From positions 95,229-159,228 of IMG/VR virus record IMGVR_UViG_3300037424_001177: a stretch of DNA of 64,000 nucleotides. One strand, 5' to 3'. This document shows positions 1-11,700 of the stretch, one piece after another. Within the stretch, counting starts at the first letter, position 1. The number at the start of each line of letters is the position of its first letter. This stretch comes from a virus. The notes beneath the pieces are model-generated. The model saw only the letters and a program-made list of their open reading frames with translations, was not told where the DNA came from and ran no database searches. A program made the translations under genes and the position numbers.

Positions 1-1
1 G

Positions 2-1384
2 TTGCCTCCGATCTATGATTTTGCGATCTCCGACTTTGGTTCGATGATCACCGATACGCCGGTCGACGCGATACTTGGAGAACCGATCGATGTTTCACGT
101 GGAGGGTTTCTCAACGATCCTCGTTTCGTGACATTTGGCTCCCAGAACGTCGCACAAGTGTCTGGCACGAACGTCACCGTCGACAACACGCTGCTGGCTC
201 TCGACGCGGTCACTGTCGAGCGTATTACTCCGAGCTTCACGACTGTGTGGGCAGGAGCACTGCCTCAATCGTTTCGAGCCCTCGACAATCTAACGCCAGT
301 TGGTCCTGGACCGACGGTAACGCAACGGCTCTACTGGCCGGACATTCGTCATTTGTACGACGATGTAGCAGTCGACGATCAAGTGGTCATCAACATCTTG
401 GAATCCTTTGCACAAGATACGATTTCGATGGTCGACCAGACGACAGTCCTCTCTTCGGGCGCAATTGTCGTTGAAGTAGAAGACGTCGTCAGCATTGTAG
501 ATAGTGTCGTCGCAGGGTTGACTTTGTTGGTTAGTGTCTCCGACACATTGTCCGTAACAGACACAGTCGCCGCTGGCCGGGAGATTGGGGCCACACTCAC
601 GGACACGATTGCGCTCACAGACACCGTGATCAGGGGCTTCGAGTACGACAGATCCAACAATGACACAGCAGTGGTTGTGGACTTTACGTGGACGCAGGCA
701 CCTGTTCAGTTGCACGACACAACGTTCAGTCCAGTCGGGTTGTGGCAGTTCCAGAATGACCTCACTGACAGTAGCGGCAACGGTTTCAGCCTAACTGTCG
801 AGACCGGTAGCGAGCGTTACACAGATATCTTCCCAGGGGTCCGCGGTTTCAAATTCGATGACTTGACGGGTCTAATTTACAACGTCGCGGAAGCAACGCT
901 TGCGATCACAGGGGATCTCACGATTGAGATGTTGTTGAATCTACAGGCTTACACGAGTCTTCGGAATTTGGTGAGCCACGCAGGTACTTTCGGTAGCGGG
1001 GCATCAGCTGACAATGCTTTCTACTGCATGCAGGTTTTGGACGCGACAGGAGAGTTTGGATACCTCCAAGAGTCTGGGTCAGGGGCAGACTCCGCCGTCA
1101 CGTACAGTACGGATCGTCCGCCTTTGAACAATCTGTGTCATCTGGCGTTAACTAGAATATCCCAGGTCATACGCCTCTACATTGACGGAGTTTTGATCGC
1201 TACGTCTGGGACGTTGACGACACCGGATGGTGGAACGAGTGGGCGTTTCCGTGTGGGTGTCTCGACGCAACGAGCCCCTGATTGCGATGTCGCGTCCTTA
1301 AAGGTGATCGCGTCCGGGTTGTCAGGACCGGACATCGTGTCCGAGTACAACAGAACACTTGGTCGATTCTACGGAGAGATTTGA
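2..1384 (+). CDS. Virion/tail-associated protein with C-terminal LamG/concanavalin A-like domain (5' end probably outside window)
   Basis: C-terminal ~220 aa has LamG pattern (GLWQF..DLTDSSGNG, LTIE, HLALTR, LYIDG); repetitive V/T/D-rich N-terminal stalk. Confidence 0.7.
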   Translation: MPPIYDFAISDFGSMITDTPVDAILGEPIDVSRGGFLNDPRFVTFGSQNVAQVSGTNVTVDNTLLALDAVTVERITPSFTTVWAGALPQSFRALDNLTPVGPGPTVTQRLYWPDIRHLYDDVAVDDQVVINILESFAQDTISMVDQTTVLSSGAIVVEVEDVVSIVDSVVAGLTLLVSVSDTLSVTDTVAAGREIGATLTDTIALTDTVIRGFEYDRSNNDTAVVVDFTWTQAPVQLHDTTFSPVGLWQFQNDLTDSSGNGFSLTVETGSERYTDIFPGVRGFKFDDLTGLIYNVAEATLAITGDLTIEMLLNLQAYTSLRNLVSHAGTFGSGASADNAFYCMQVLDATGEFGYLQESGSGADSAVTYSTDRPPLNNLCHLALTRISQVIRLYIDGVLIATSGTLTTPDGGTSGRFRVGVSTQRAPDCDVASLKVIASGLSGPDIVSEYNRTLGRFYGEI

Positions 1385-2083
1385 GTGGCCGGCGCAGTCA
1401 ATCTACACACAACGCTCCACAGTCCTGCGGGCCTGTGGCAGTTGCAAAACGATCTCCTCGACAGCTCAGGTAATGGGCTGACTTTGACAGCCATTGCAGG
1501 CACGGCGCGTTACACAGACATTTTCCCAGGAGTTCGTTGCTTGTTTTTGGATGCCTTAACGACTTTTGGGCGAAGTGCTTTCACAGCGTCCTTGAATATC
1601 TTGGGGGATCTGACGATTGAGTGCCTGCTCTACGTTATCACGAACAATGTGACTACTGGCGTTGTGTCACACGGCGCTTCTGGAGAGACGGAAGCGACGA
1701 ACTATTCTTATGCAACGCAGTTCACCACAACTACCTTCCAGTACCTTCACGAGTTCAGTGCAGGGACCAACCAAACATTGGTCACCACAAATTTACCGCC
1801 CCGCAGACTCTCTCATCTGGCTCTTGTCAGAGCGTCCAACGTTGTTCAGTTTTACTTAAACGGCCGTACATTTGGAGCTGCGTCTGGCACTCTTACAGCA
1901 CCAACGGGCAGTACGAGCGGTCGATTTCGAATTGGGGCTTCCGAGGGTTTAGGCACTCCTGGCGGTACAGGAGTGCCTAACATGATTTCATCCGTCAAGG
2001 TGATTGCAAGCGCTCTTACTGAGGCACAGATCAAGGCTGAATACAACCTGACATTGGGATCTTTTTTTGGGTTCGTAAACTGA
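1385..2083 (+). CDS. LamG/ConA-like domain tail protein (paralog 2)
   Basis: GLWQL..DSSGNG, HLALVR, FYLNG; clearly paralogous to neighbours; abuts upstream stop. Confidence 0.75.
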   Translation: MAGAVNLHTTLHSPAGLWQLQNDLLDSSGNGLTLTAIAGTARYTDIFPGVRCLFLDALTTFGRSAFTASLNILGDLTIECLLYVITNNVTTGVVSHGASGETEATNYSYATQFTTTTFQYLHEFSAGTNQTLVTTNLPPRRLSHLALVRASNVVQFYLNGRTFGAASGTLTAPTGSTSGRFRIGASEGLGTPGGTGVPNMISSVKVIASALTEAQIKAEYNLTLGSFFGFVN

Positions 2084-2095
2084 TTCGGTGGTCAT

Positions 2096-2779
2096 GTGGC
2101 GTTGATACAGAGACACGGCTTACACCACAACCCCGTTGGGTTGTGGCAGTTCGACGGGGACTTGAATGACAGTTCTGGAAATGGTTTTACGCTAACTGTT
2201 GAGTTTGGAGCAGTTCGTTACACCAATATCTTCCCTGGGATTCGGGCTCTTCTGATTATCAATCCTCTTGGATTGATTTACAACGTTGCTGAACCTGTGT
2301 TGCGGATTACAGGCAATCTTACGATCGAGATGTTGTTGCAACTGGCACCTGCGTATGAAACTGCAAAAGTGATTTGCTCACATGGCGCGGCTGGTGAGAC
2401 CGCTGAGACGAACTTTGCTTACCAAATCGACATGATGGCGGTGACGACGGCTAATATGGGTCTTTTCAGTGAGTCTGGGGCCGGTGTGAATGCCCTTTAT
2501 GCGATCACGCCACGGCCGCCTTTGGCGCTTTGCCATTTAGCCGTGACCAGGATCTCCAATGTTGTTCAGTTTTACTTGAACGGAAGAACATTGGGGGCTG
2601 CTTCGGGCACGCTTACCACTCCGACTGATAGTACCAGCGGTAGGTTCAGAGTCGGTACTACGTCGTCAGGATTCGCTCCTTCGAGCGTATTGTCTTCACT
2701 GAAAATCTTGAGTGCTGGGTTGACTTCTGCGCAAATTCTTGACGAGTTCAACCGCACTTTGGGGACCTTCAGCCCATGA
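2096..2779 (+). CDS. LamG/ConA-like domain tail protein (paralog 3)
   Basis: GLWQFDGDLNDSSGNG, HLAVTR, FYLNG. Confidence 0.75.
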   Translation: MALIQRHGLHHNPVGLWQFDGDLNDSSGNGFTLTVEFGAVRYTNIFPGIRALLIINPLGLIYNVAEPVLRITGNLTIEMLLQLAPAYETAKVICSHGAAGETAETNFAYQIDMMAVTTANMGLFSESGAGVNALYAITPRPPLALCHLAVTRISNVVQFYLNGRTLGAASGTLTTPTDSTSGRFRVGTTSSGFAPSSVLSSLKILSAGLTSAQILDEFNRTLGTFSP

Positions 2780-2829
2780 AGGGTGGTGTCTTGTTGCTTG
2801 AGACCAATTAAGCCTCTTATGCCCGACGC

Positions 2830-3489
2830 TTGCCAGAAGGTGAGGACGATTTGAAAGGCTCGGAAAGTCTTAGGGAACCGACGGAGCAAGTAGGGTTCTC
2901 GTTCGCGGTTCGAGCTGCGGATCAGGGTCCTCACATTCGTGGGGAAGTCTTTCTCTGTTTGCGTGACGGAGAGACTGGGGAGATCCAGGAGGAACGCCAC
3001 CTCGAAAACTTGGTTGTTCTGGACGCGTCGATTTTGCTAGCCCGTTTGGCCCGCGACAACCAAGAACCACCGCATGGCATTTTCGCTTTAGCCATCGGTA
3101 CTGGAGACACAGGTTGGGACCCAATGTCTCCGCCAGCACCGACCAATACGCAACGGGCTCTCTACGGTGAGATCACACGCAAGACCTTTGCGTCTGTCCA
3201 GTTCGTCGACGGGTCGGGTGCGCCTGTTGCTTACCCGACGCGAGTCGTGGACTTCAACACGATCTACACGGAGTCCGAAGCCGTGGGACCCTTGGTCGAG
3301 ATGGGGCTTATCGGAGGAAACATCTCGTCCAACATGTCCATACGGAACCCTGTGACACCTCCCAACGGCCCCTACGATCCGACGGTGGACCTCACAGCGT
3401 TCGAGACTTTATTCAATTTCCTCACGTTCGCAGTTGTGAACAAGCCCCCTACGTCAACGCTAGCGATCACGTGGCGCCTTTCATTCTGA
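2830..3489 (+). CDS. Phage tail-collar/baseplate-type structural protein
   Basis: NLVV...AIGTG...L.GEI.RK...E+GL...ITWRLSF pattern typical of tail-collar-fibre/baseplate proteins; start uncertain. Confidence 0.6.
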   Translation: MPEGEDDLKGSESLREPTEQVGFSFAVRAADQGPHIRGEVFLCLRDGETGEIQEERHLENLVVLDASILLARLARDNQEPPHGIFALAIGTGDTGWDPMSPPAPTNTQRALYGEITRKTFASVQFVDGSGAPVAYPTRVVDFNTIYTESEAVGPLVEMGLIGGNISSNMSIRNPVTPPNGPYDPTVDLTAFETLFNFLTFAVVNKPPTSTLAITWRLSF

Positions 3490-3501
3490 GTTTATACTTG
3501 C

Positions 3502-6129
3502 ATGGCAATCAAGGACTATGGGCCGGCCACGTCCGGGTATTTGGACCCTGCGGATCGTGCTTGGGAAACAGTCGTAATTCAGGCTGGAAAACCGATCCTT
3601 GATAAGGAACTCAACCTTGTACAAGATGTTGAGCAAGAAGCGGAGCTAGTCACCCGTCGCCGCTCCTTTCCTTCAGGGTGGATGTCGGACCAGTTTCTCA
3701 ATGTAACTCAATCCGGTCTCTTGAACGCGCTCGTTACGACAGCCAACACGATCCAGCTCGCGACACAGCGTGCGCACGTCAATGGCTGGCTTGTCCACGT
3801 TGCCGATACAGGCGATGCGACAGAGTTGAACGTTTTGAGTCTTGGTGCAGGACCTGTCGGTGCTGGGACCAAACGGACTGACCTCATCATTCTGGAGGTC
3901 TGGCGTCGTCTTATTCCTGCTGCTCCTACAGCGACCGGGAAGAGTCCAGCAGCGAGGATCTGGCGCTACGGAAACGTCAAGATCCCGTCGGCTAGCGACT
4001 TGGCGCTGAACTTCGCTGACGACATCTTGGACGGAGCTGTAGGGTCTGAAACCACGAAGCGCGTTCAGATCCAGTATCGACTCCGCGTCATCAGTGCAGT
4101 CGATCTGTTCACCTTTCCTAACGGTATCGACGATCCGACTGTCGTGGCTAACACTGTGCCGGCCACGGCTGCGGCTCCTGACGGAACGGCTACGATCTAC
4201 ACGTATACGAATCAGTCTTCGCTGGGCGACCCTGGTCTTTGGCGAACCGGCAATGGAGACCCAACCAACACACTAGGCACGGTCGACGGTTACATGTACG
4301 CGTTGCCTTTGTGCGCTGTGTTTCGACGCAACACGACGGCTTTTGCAAGAAACACAAACCACAACGGCGGTGTAGCGTTTCCTGGTCCTTCGGACCGTCC
4401 GGACAGTTTGTTCAGCGACAACATCGTTGCCAGGGACATTCTCGACTTGCGGTTTGGTACGTCGCCAACTGGTTGGGATCTGCAAGAGGTAGCGCAACGT
4501 AACTTGCACCTCTTGCTCGACAACCAAATCCAAACTGAGATTGGTGCAACGTTGTTGGGTGGGGGTCTTCACGGGCACACTGTCATGTGGGCCGATGAAA
4601 TCGGAGTGTCGAACGCGAACGGCGGTGACGGAACGACGACGGGTGACACCCCGGGCGCAGAATTCATTGGCGAGTTTGACGCCGTACGCCGAACATTTTC
4701 GGACCGCACGATCTACGAAACGATCGTTTTGAGGTTTACGCCGGCAGACGGCTCGGGCGGTGGCCCTAGCTGGGCGGACGGAGACACCATCACTATCTCG
4801 CCGTCTGCGCTGCCCATTTGGCCATACACAGCATTCAACTGGACAGCTTTTGCCCCATCCACGATTTCGTTCGTAGACATCGTCCGTGTTGCGTACCTTG
4901 GTGAATCATTGGGACAGAATTCCGTCAATGTTACGACGGACACAACGTCGCCTCGTTGGAGCATTGAGGGCCTCGGTAGTGTTCCACAGGGCGCTCTGAC
5001 GTTTCGGATTCACACAACGATCGGTGGGGCATCACCCATCTACATTTCGGTTCTCATCGCGTATCCGTCCGGAGCCGGCCTTTTTCGTACACCAACAGCT
5101 ATTTTTGCAAACAATGCTGTTCTTCCAACTTTGCAAGGTGTGTTCATCAACAACCCTGCACAACTTCCAGCTGGATCTCCGATTCTTTACAGTGCTCTCC
5201 AGATCCCGACTTTCAACACACCGAACCGTGAAGTGTCGTTGTCCTATACGACTGTTTCGCATTCTAGGACGTTCTTCTCGACTTCAACCACGACAACGAT
5301 CGCCCTGCCTGAGCGTGCAATCACAGGCACGGTTTCCATCTCACAAGCTCCGGGCGGTCCTTACGGTGGTTCCATCACGGTCTCGAGTGATGGGTACCTT
5401 CTGACATTGAGCCCTGCGGTTGGCGGGGGTGGCGTCACTGTCACCGTCACCTACCAGTCGATCCGTCCATTGCCGCAGAATGACGAGCAGCTGACCGTCT
5501 ACTACGAGGCGCGTTTGCCGCAAACAGTACGCGAAGCTCTGCTCGGTACGAGTTTGAGTTTGATCCCTCGACTGGTCACACAAGATGTCTACGCGTTGAC
5601 TGCGGGGAGTGGTAGTGATGGCCAAGGTTACCCGTTTCCGTCTGCGTACGTCCAATCAGGGGGCGTTTACCCGACATCCGGCGGCACGTTTACAGGGGAT
5701 CACGAACTTGACGGCGCTCTGCGTGTATCCGTAACCACGTTGTTTGCGGATACGGGTTTTCTACGTCTCCCTGCACACGTGCCCGTTGTTCCCTTGCCTG
5801 ACGACTTTGTGTTCAGCCGCGTCCCAGGGGATGTCGACGCAGAAGGACGTACCTTTTTCAAGGCTTTGACTAGCGCGTATAAGCCGTTGGGCGTCGCGCA
5901 GCCACTGAGCGACCCGAAGCGTCACAAGAACTTTTTGCCAATCCTTTGTGAGTTGTCCGTCGACACTCCGTTTGGGTTCAAGGGCGAACTTGTGCTGCTC
6001 TTGCTTACGAGATGGGCTTCTTTCGATGACGAAAACACGATCGCTTTCATGTCGAGTCTTGTATCGAACCGTTCGAGCGCCAGCGTGTACAAGCTCAAGG
6101 GACAACTGCTAGGCAATCGTAGGAGCTAG
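3502..6129 (+). CDS. Large baseplate wedge/tail structural protein (DUF4815-like N-terminus)
   Basis: N-terminal VVIQAGKPILDKELNLVQD motif; paralog of 8769..12824. Confidence 0.6.
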   Translation: MAIKDYGPATSGYLDPADRAWETVVIQAGKPILDKELNLVQDVEQEAELVTRRRSFPSGWMSDQFLNVTQSGLLNALVTTANTIQLATQRAHVNGWLVHVADTGDATELNVLSLGAGPVGAGTKRTDLIILEVWRRLIPAAPTATGKSPAARIWRYGNVKIPSASDLALNFADDILDGAVGSETTKRVQIQYRLRVISAVDLFTFPNGIDDPTVVANTVPATAAAPDGTATIYTYTNQSSLGDPGLWRTGNGDPTNTLGTVDGYMYALPLCAVFRRNTTAFARNTNHNGGVAFPGPSDRPDSLFSDNIVARDILDLRFGTSPTGWDLQEVAQRNLHLLLDNQIQTEIGATLLGGGLHGHTVMWADEIGVSNANGGDGTTTGDTPGAEFIGEFDAVRRTFSDRTIYETIVLRFTPADGSGGGPSWADGDTITISPSALPIWPYTAFNWTAFAPSTISFVDIVRVAYLGESLGQNSVNVTTDTTSPRWSIEGLGSVPQGALTFRIHTTIGGASPIYISVLIAYPSGAGLFRTPTAIFANNAVLPTLQGVFINNPAQLPAGSPILYSALQIPTFNTPNREVSLSYTTVSHSRTFFSTSTTTTIALPERAITGTVSISQAPGGPYGGSITVSSDGYLLTLSPAVGGGGVTVTVTYQSIRPLPQNDEQLTVYYEARLPQTVREALLGTSLSLIPRLVTQDVYALTAGSGSDGQGYPFPSAYVQSGGVYPTSGGTFTGDHELDGALRVSVTTLFADTGFLRLPAHVPVVPLPDDFVFSRVPGDVDAEGRTFFKALTSAYKPLGVAQPLSDPKRHKNFLPILCELSVDTPFGFKGELVLLLLTRWASFDDENTIAFMSSLVSNRSSASVYKLKGQLLGNRRS

Positions 6130-6131
6130 AG

Positions 6132-7913
6132 ATGCCGAGTACCGCTGACCCTAGTACTATTACGACCGGCCCTGGAAAGCTTCACAACGATGTTGTGAAC
6201 GCTGCGGCGGACTTGTACGCACAGACCAGCTCGGCTGTTCTAGGTGTATTGGTAGGCGTCCTCAATCAACCGTTGGCGGCCCCTAGTGTAACGGCCTCGT
6301 TTGCTTCAGGTTCTTCAGCTGACGCAACGCTGCTGTTGGTCAACACAACTTACGGGCCTTTCTACGTTGGGGATTCCGGTGGAGACCAATTGCAGGACCT
6401 GTTTCGTGTTGTCAATGCCGCTGACGACACAGAAATTTTTGATCCGGTCAGTCGAACTTACGTTGCAGTTACTGCCATTTCTCCAGCAGCAATTGGTGCG
6501 GGGTTCTTTGCAGCGAACTTGACGCTGACATTCACGCCCTCAATCCCACAGAACGTCACTTACAAGGTCTACTACGGAAAGCAAGCTTTGGTCGGTAGTT
6601 TGCCGATCGAGTTGGCAAGTCACCCAACGATACGTCGTTCGCCCGACCGTGTACGTTTTCCTGAGTACCTGCGTAGTGGTATTGCACCGACGGTCATCGT
6701 CAATACAGCAACAGATCTGGGTCTTTATTTAGACCCCTACAAATCACACTGGCGTGCCCATCTACGAGGCGCGACTGTGCACCCCACGACCGGCGCGTCC
6801 AGTGGCTCTACCGGATACGTCTACGTTGGACGAAAAAAGAACGTTGCTGACGCCAACGACCGAGGACTTGTCGGTCACCAAGCGGCCGGATTCCTAGCCG
6901 TCTACGAAAAAGACATCGCATCAGGAACTCTTGGCGGTGCAACTGCGTGGACTAGGGTCAATGCTTCTTCAGTTGGGACGGTTTCGGCAACTGATGAATT
7001 GGAGCTGGCGGCCTCAGACTACTGGTACCTTTCAGGACCGTTCCGCACGGCGGTCAGAGTGGGTGTTGATCTCGCTGAAATCACGTACACGACGGGCACC
7101 AAGATCGGAACAAGGGAAGTCTACATCATACGTTCCCTTGACCCCCTGAACTCGAGACAATGCTCCGTGAATGTGTTGGGCGGGGAGTCTTCAGGCTCTG
7201 CTGTGCTTCCGGATGTTGGGGAGTCCGTGAACATTCGTTGGATTCGCACAGGGTTCTTTGCTGGGGGTGACACGGATCAATTTGGGGACGCAGAAAATCG
7301 ACTAAATGGTTTCGGGCATTTGGTGCCAGGCGCCATAACCGCGACGCCGACTTCCGAGATTGCCCAAACCCCACCGTTCTGGTCAGCTGGAACGCTTGAC
7401 ACAGCTCGTGGGGGGACAAGCGATTGGAACTTGCGTGCTTTGGAGTGGGGCGCGTACACTGAGCAAGGGGCTGCCGTAACTGATCTCGGACGCAAGACCG
7501 TCAAAGGTGAGCTTTGGGGTGACGGATCTATTGAAAGTCGTGGAGGTCGAGTTCGAGGCCTCTTGAGCAGCCGATCACAATCTACGATTGCCATTGGCTC
7601 CACACAGACTCAGACTTTTGACCCGAGAGTCGTCAGCACGATCTATTTCGGGTTCACGGGCGCCAGCAGTTTTGTGCTGACGGTCGCTCTGGACGGGACG
7701 TACACTCCTGAGTTTGGGGACCGCATCACAATCTATGTTGCTTACAACGTCACCGCTGGTAGCTTCGGTGAGTTGTCGTCTGTTGTTTGGCCCTTAGACT
7801 TTCGGTTTTCCGGAACTGACGCCACAACGCCAAGTTCGGCAGGGACGGTGTTGAAGTTCGAGGCTCAGTACATACTTGAGTGGTTCTTGACGAGAACTGA
7901 TTACGGACCGTAA
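6132..7913 (+). CDS. Putative tail/fibre structural protein
   Basis: 593 aa, G/T/S/A-rich beta-type composition, inside structural operon. Confidence 0.5.
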   Translation: MPSTADPSTITTGPGKLHNDVVNAAADLYAQTSSAVLGVLVGVLNQPLAAPSVTASFASGSSADATLLLVNTTYGPFYVGDSGGDQLQDLFRVVNAADDTEIFDPVSRTYVAVTAISPAAIGAGFFAANLTLTFTPSIPQNVTYKVYYGKQALVGSLPIELASHPTIRRSPDRVRFPEYLRSGIAPTVIVNTATDLGLYLDPYKSHWRAHLRGATVHPTTGASSGSTGYVYVGRKKNVADANDRGLVGHQAAGFLAVYEKDIASGTLGGATAWTRVNASSVGTVSATDELELAASDYWYLSGPFRTAVRVGVDLAEITYTTGTKIGTREVYIIRSLDPLNSRQCSVNVLGGESSGSAVLPDVGESVNIRWIRTGFFAGGDTDQFGDAENRLNGFGHLVPGAITATPTSEIAQTPPFWSAGTLDTARGGTSDWNLRALEWGAYTEQGAAVTDLGRKTVKGELWGDGSIESRGGRVRGLLSSRSQSTIAIGSTQTQTFDPRVVSTIYFGFTGASSFVLTVALDGTYTPEFGDRITIYVAYNVTAGSFGELSSVVWPLDFRFSGTDATTPSSAGTVLKFEAQYILEWFLTRTDYGP

Positions 7914-7915
7914 CC

Positions 7916-8584
7916 ATGGGAACCATTTATCTCGTTGATGCACATTCCACGGTTCTCGGCACGTCGAGGATTCGCGATACTGTGAACTTGCAGAGTGGAG
8001 CGTTGAATTTGCGGGGCAGCTTTCCTGTCAATGTGCCGTTTGACGTTCCGGTTGATGGCGTGCCTTCAGACCTTACTGATCTGGTGACCAAGAAATACAC
8101 AGGTCTCTTGTCGTTGTACCCTGGCTACACGACCATCTTGTACGACGAGCAGATTGACGGCATTGGATGGGATGAGGCTACTTCAATCACACTCGGCAAT
8201 GGTATTGGCGGCTTCTTCATTGGTGAACGACAGACGACAGGGGTTGTGCCTGTTGGTTCAAGCGGGGACGGTCTTCTTGCCACTGATTTACACGTTCTTA
8301 CGTCGACCCCGACTTCGTGTATCGTGCGTTACGAAGCTTTCCGTTACGGACTCACGGATCCAATCAGCGGCATTGCGGCTCGTACCTACCAAGAGACGAT
8401 TGATTCAAATTTCCAAGTGTACGTTACGTTCAACAACGACCCAGATCCGTCTGCTTGGTTGTTGGTCACCAATGGTGCGATGTTGACCATACCGCTAGTA
8501 AATCAAGGAAATCAATTCAGGTTGTCATTGTTCAACGAAACAACTCAGAAGACGTGGTTGGGTTCATGGGCCTTGATTTACTAA
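7916..8584 (+). CDS. Putative structural protein
   Basis: 222-aa ORF tightly coupled within structural operon. Confidence 0.5.
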   Translation: MGTIYLVDAHSTVLGTSRIRDTVNLQSGALNLRGSFPVNVPFDVPVDGVPSDLTDLVTKKYTGLLSLYPGYTTILYDEQIDGIGWDEATSITLGNGIGGFFIGERQTTGVVPVGSSGDGLLATDLHVLTSTPTSCIVRYEAFRYGLTDPISGIAARTYQETIDSNFQVYVTFNNDPDPSAWLLVTNGAMLTIPLVNQGNQFRLSLFNETTQKTWLGSWALIY

Positions 8585-8768
8585 CTAAGCCGCCTTACTG
8601 GGGGTGGCCACAAAATTGGGCACCGCCTGTGGACAAGCTACACCCTGAGCGTGAAGTGTCTGAGTGGGATCTTTTCGTGTTGCGCCGTGAGATCCAGGAA
8701 ATATGTCGCAAGTTTAGAACCCAAAATCAAACCGGTGTTGAGGTTCATCGTATCGTGGAGATTGATCA

Positions 8769-11700
8769 GTGACTGATTACCTTGGACCTGGAGTTTCGAG
8801 AGTCCTCTCTGCAAAGCAGAGTGGCTTCAATACTGTGATTTGGCAGTCCGGAAAACCTCCGCTTGATGCGGAATACAATTTGATGCAGTCGATTTCAACG
8901 GAGGGTGAGAGAAATCTTGCGCTTCGAGCGGCGCCTAGCGGCTTTTTGGGAGACGCCGCAAACCCAATCGACTCGTTCGTGACGAACAGGATCTGGTCCA
9001 ATTGGTTCAAGTTTGGTCCACAGTTTGCCGGTGAGAAGCAAGCGATCATGTGGTCCAATGTCAACGGTTGGCTGATACCAGTGACAGGCACCTTGACAGG
9101 CACGCCTCCTGGGTCGCCCAATGACGCGGATACGTGGAACAGAATCACCCTTCCACCGCCACCTGCGAACACAGGGGACGCAAGGATCGACTTCGTGTTT
9201 CTGGAGGTTTGGCAGGCTCGCGTACCACCGAACCCTTCGACGCTCAACAAACCGGGTTCGTCAGCGCTCTACCGCTACGGCAATGTGGAAGGCGGATATA
9301 CCTTTCTAGCTGACGACTTGCAGGACCCTACGATCGGATTTGAAACCACGCAACGGGTCCAGTTGCAGTACCGGATTCGTGTTGTCTCCAACGTCGGTCT
9401 TGCGAGCTACCCTGACGGGTTTGATCCTGCAACCGTCAAAGGGCAGGGGGCGAGTGCGACGGCGACTAGCTTCGTCTTCACGAATATGCGGATCGAGCTT
9501 GGGGATGTTGGCCTCTGGCGTGCAGGTGATGGAACACAGAGCACGCTAGGCTCGGTCGACGGCTACACCTACGCGGTTCCTATCGCAGTTGTCTTTCGTC
9601 GAAATCGTGTTTCGTGGACGGGGGACCCTGGACAGAATCTGAACGGTGCCTTCGATCGCAATCCGACTGCTGTCGATCGGACAGGTTACAAGACGTTTTC
9701 TACAATCCCGTCGCTGGCGAGTGCGTTGACGAGTAGCGCCCTGACGCTGACTTTGGCGACAGTGGTCAACATACCGCTTCCGTTGACGCCAGCGACTCCT
9801 GTAGCCATTCAAATCGGTGACGAGATTCTGACCTACTCGTCCATTACAGGGACGACAATGACTCTCGCAGCCCGAGGACAGTTTGGGTCTTTGGCTGAGG
9901 CCCACGTATCAGGGTCGATAGTCACAGTGCTTTCAGGCCGACCTGATGGACTGTTTGCGGATCAAATCATCAAGGACGATATCCTGGATTTGCGACACTT
10001 GACTGGGCCATCGTTGGACTACGAGGCACTGTTGCGAGGAAACCTGGACCGTCTCCTGCGAGGTCGCCTCAGGGCAACGTGGAAGCGTACAGGTGGAGGT
10101 CCACAAGGTTCGTTCGTATTCTACCAAGACAAGATTTCGGCCTCTCCAGGAGCACTTGGAGTCACGAAGTTAGACGCACCTGACGGGATTCGACAAGTTT
10201 GGGGTGATCCCGTGCTTTTGCAGGCCGTTGTGATCCCTATCAATACACCTAGCACCACTACAGGTTCGGTTTCAATAGGCGGCACATTAGGCGCCCCATT
10301 TAGCAGTGTTGTATTGAATCATCCAGCCCCGGCCGCAGGCTTCCAAGTTGGGGACATAATCACGGTTCCTAAAAGCTTGTTCATAGGCTCACTGCCTGGA
10401 TCAGACGTTGACCAAATCACGCTTGTTGCGGTTCAATCGTACGTCAAGTTACGGTTCCTTGGCGAATCCGCCGATTTGTCGCTAGCGCAATACAGTGTTG
10501 CCAACAACGGGTCTGGCGACCTGCTCATTACTTTCACAGGGTCATTTGTCGTACGCACTGTTGGGGCATTCATCACGATGCATGTGTTGTACGGTGCCGG
10601 ACGCGGGCTTTCACGTCGACCTGACGCGATACATAGCCTTGCGTATTTGTCAGGCCATCCAGATATCCTGTTACAAATTCAAGGTCTCCCTGCCGACAAT
10701 CAAAGCTTGCGTACTACGTGGCTTGCGCAGTGGAGTCGGTACCGCAACGCCATGTTCAATGGAGGCCTGCCTTCGACCTGCGAATCGTACGCCGATCCGG
10801 GGAGCAAGACTGTTGTGTTGACTCCCTTTCGACGGATTCCGTACACAGCGGGTTCTGGTGGAACCCCGGCAAACTCTACTTTCAAAACGGCCCAAAAAAC
10901 AGCTGGAGCGACTCTTGGTGCTATGCCCGCTAACACGCCTGCGGGAGGCGTGAAATGGGTAGCCACAGATCCTCTTGCTTTGTTTTCGAATTATCTTGAT
11001 GTGTCCGCTGGCGGAAACATGGTTGTTGTCGTCCCTCGACGACTGCTCCCCGGTTGGGGTGAAGTGAGAGTCCCCATCTTACCAGTTGATTCAGGATCTT
11101 TCGCTCAAGGAATTAACTTCTGTATCGAAGCGAAAAAAGGATCTGCCCCGCTACCAGCTGTCGTCGCGAATTACGTACCGCAGACATCCGGTAGTGGTTC
11201 GGCGAGCTATCAAATATTTTCGACGACGGACAACTTCACTACGTTCACGTCCGCTGTGTACAACACGTCATTTATAGGCGTAGGAAACAAGATGGCGGGG
11301 ATGCGGTTTTTTACGGATGGCCGAGGTCTGGGACGTCAGGGATTAGAGTTACCACCTTTTTACGGTATTGCGCGGTTGTTCGCTGTGTATGAAGCGCAGG
11401 ACTACGGCACCAATAACAGTGCGTTTGATCCTACAACTCGTGAACCTTTGGTATCGGGAGGTGCAAAAAACCTCTTGCGTCAAAATTTCTCTGGTCCTAC
11501 ATTTTGGATTGAATCAGATGTTGACGGAGATCCAACGTTCATTTTGAACGCTGATGTGATCGACATTACGAAGAGTCCAAATCCTATTGCGTCGTTCAGT
11601 GCCGCAGACTATGTGATCGAGGCCTCAATCTTTGGGTGTGATCGTGGGTTTTTTGACTTCAACCAGGATGCACGCATCGTACTTAATCGTGGATGGATCC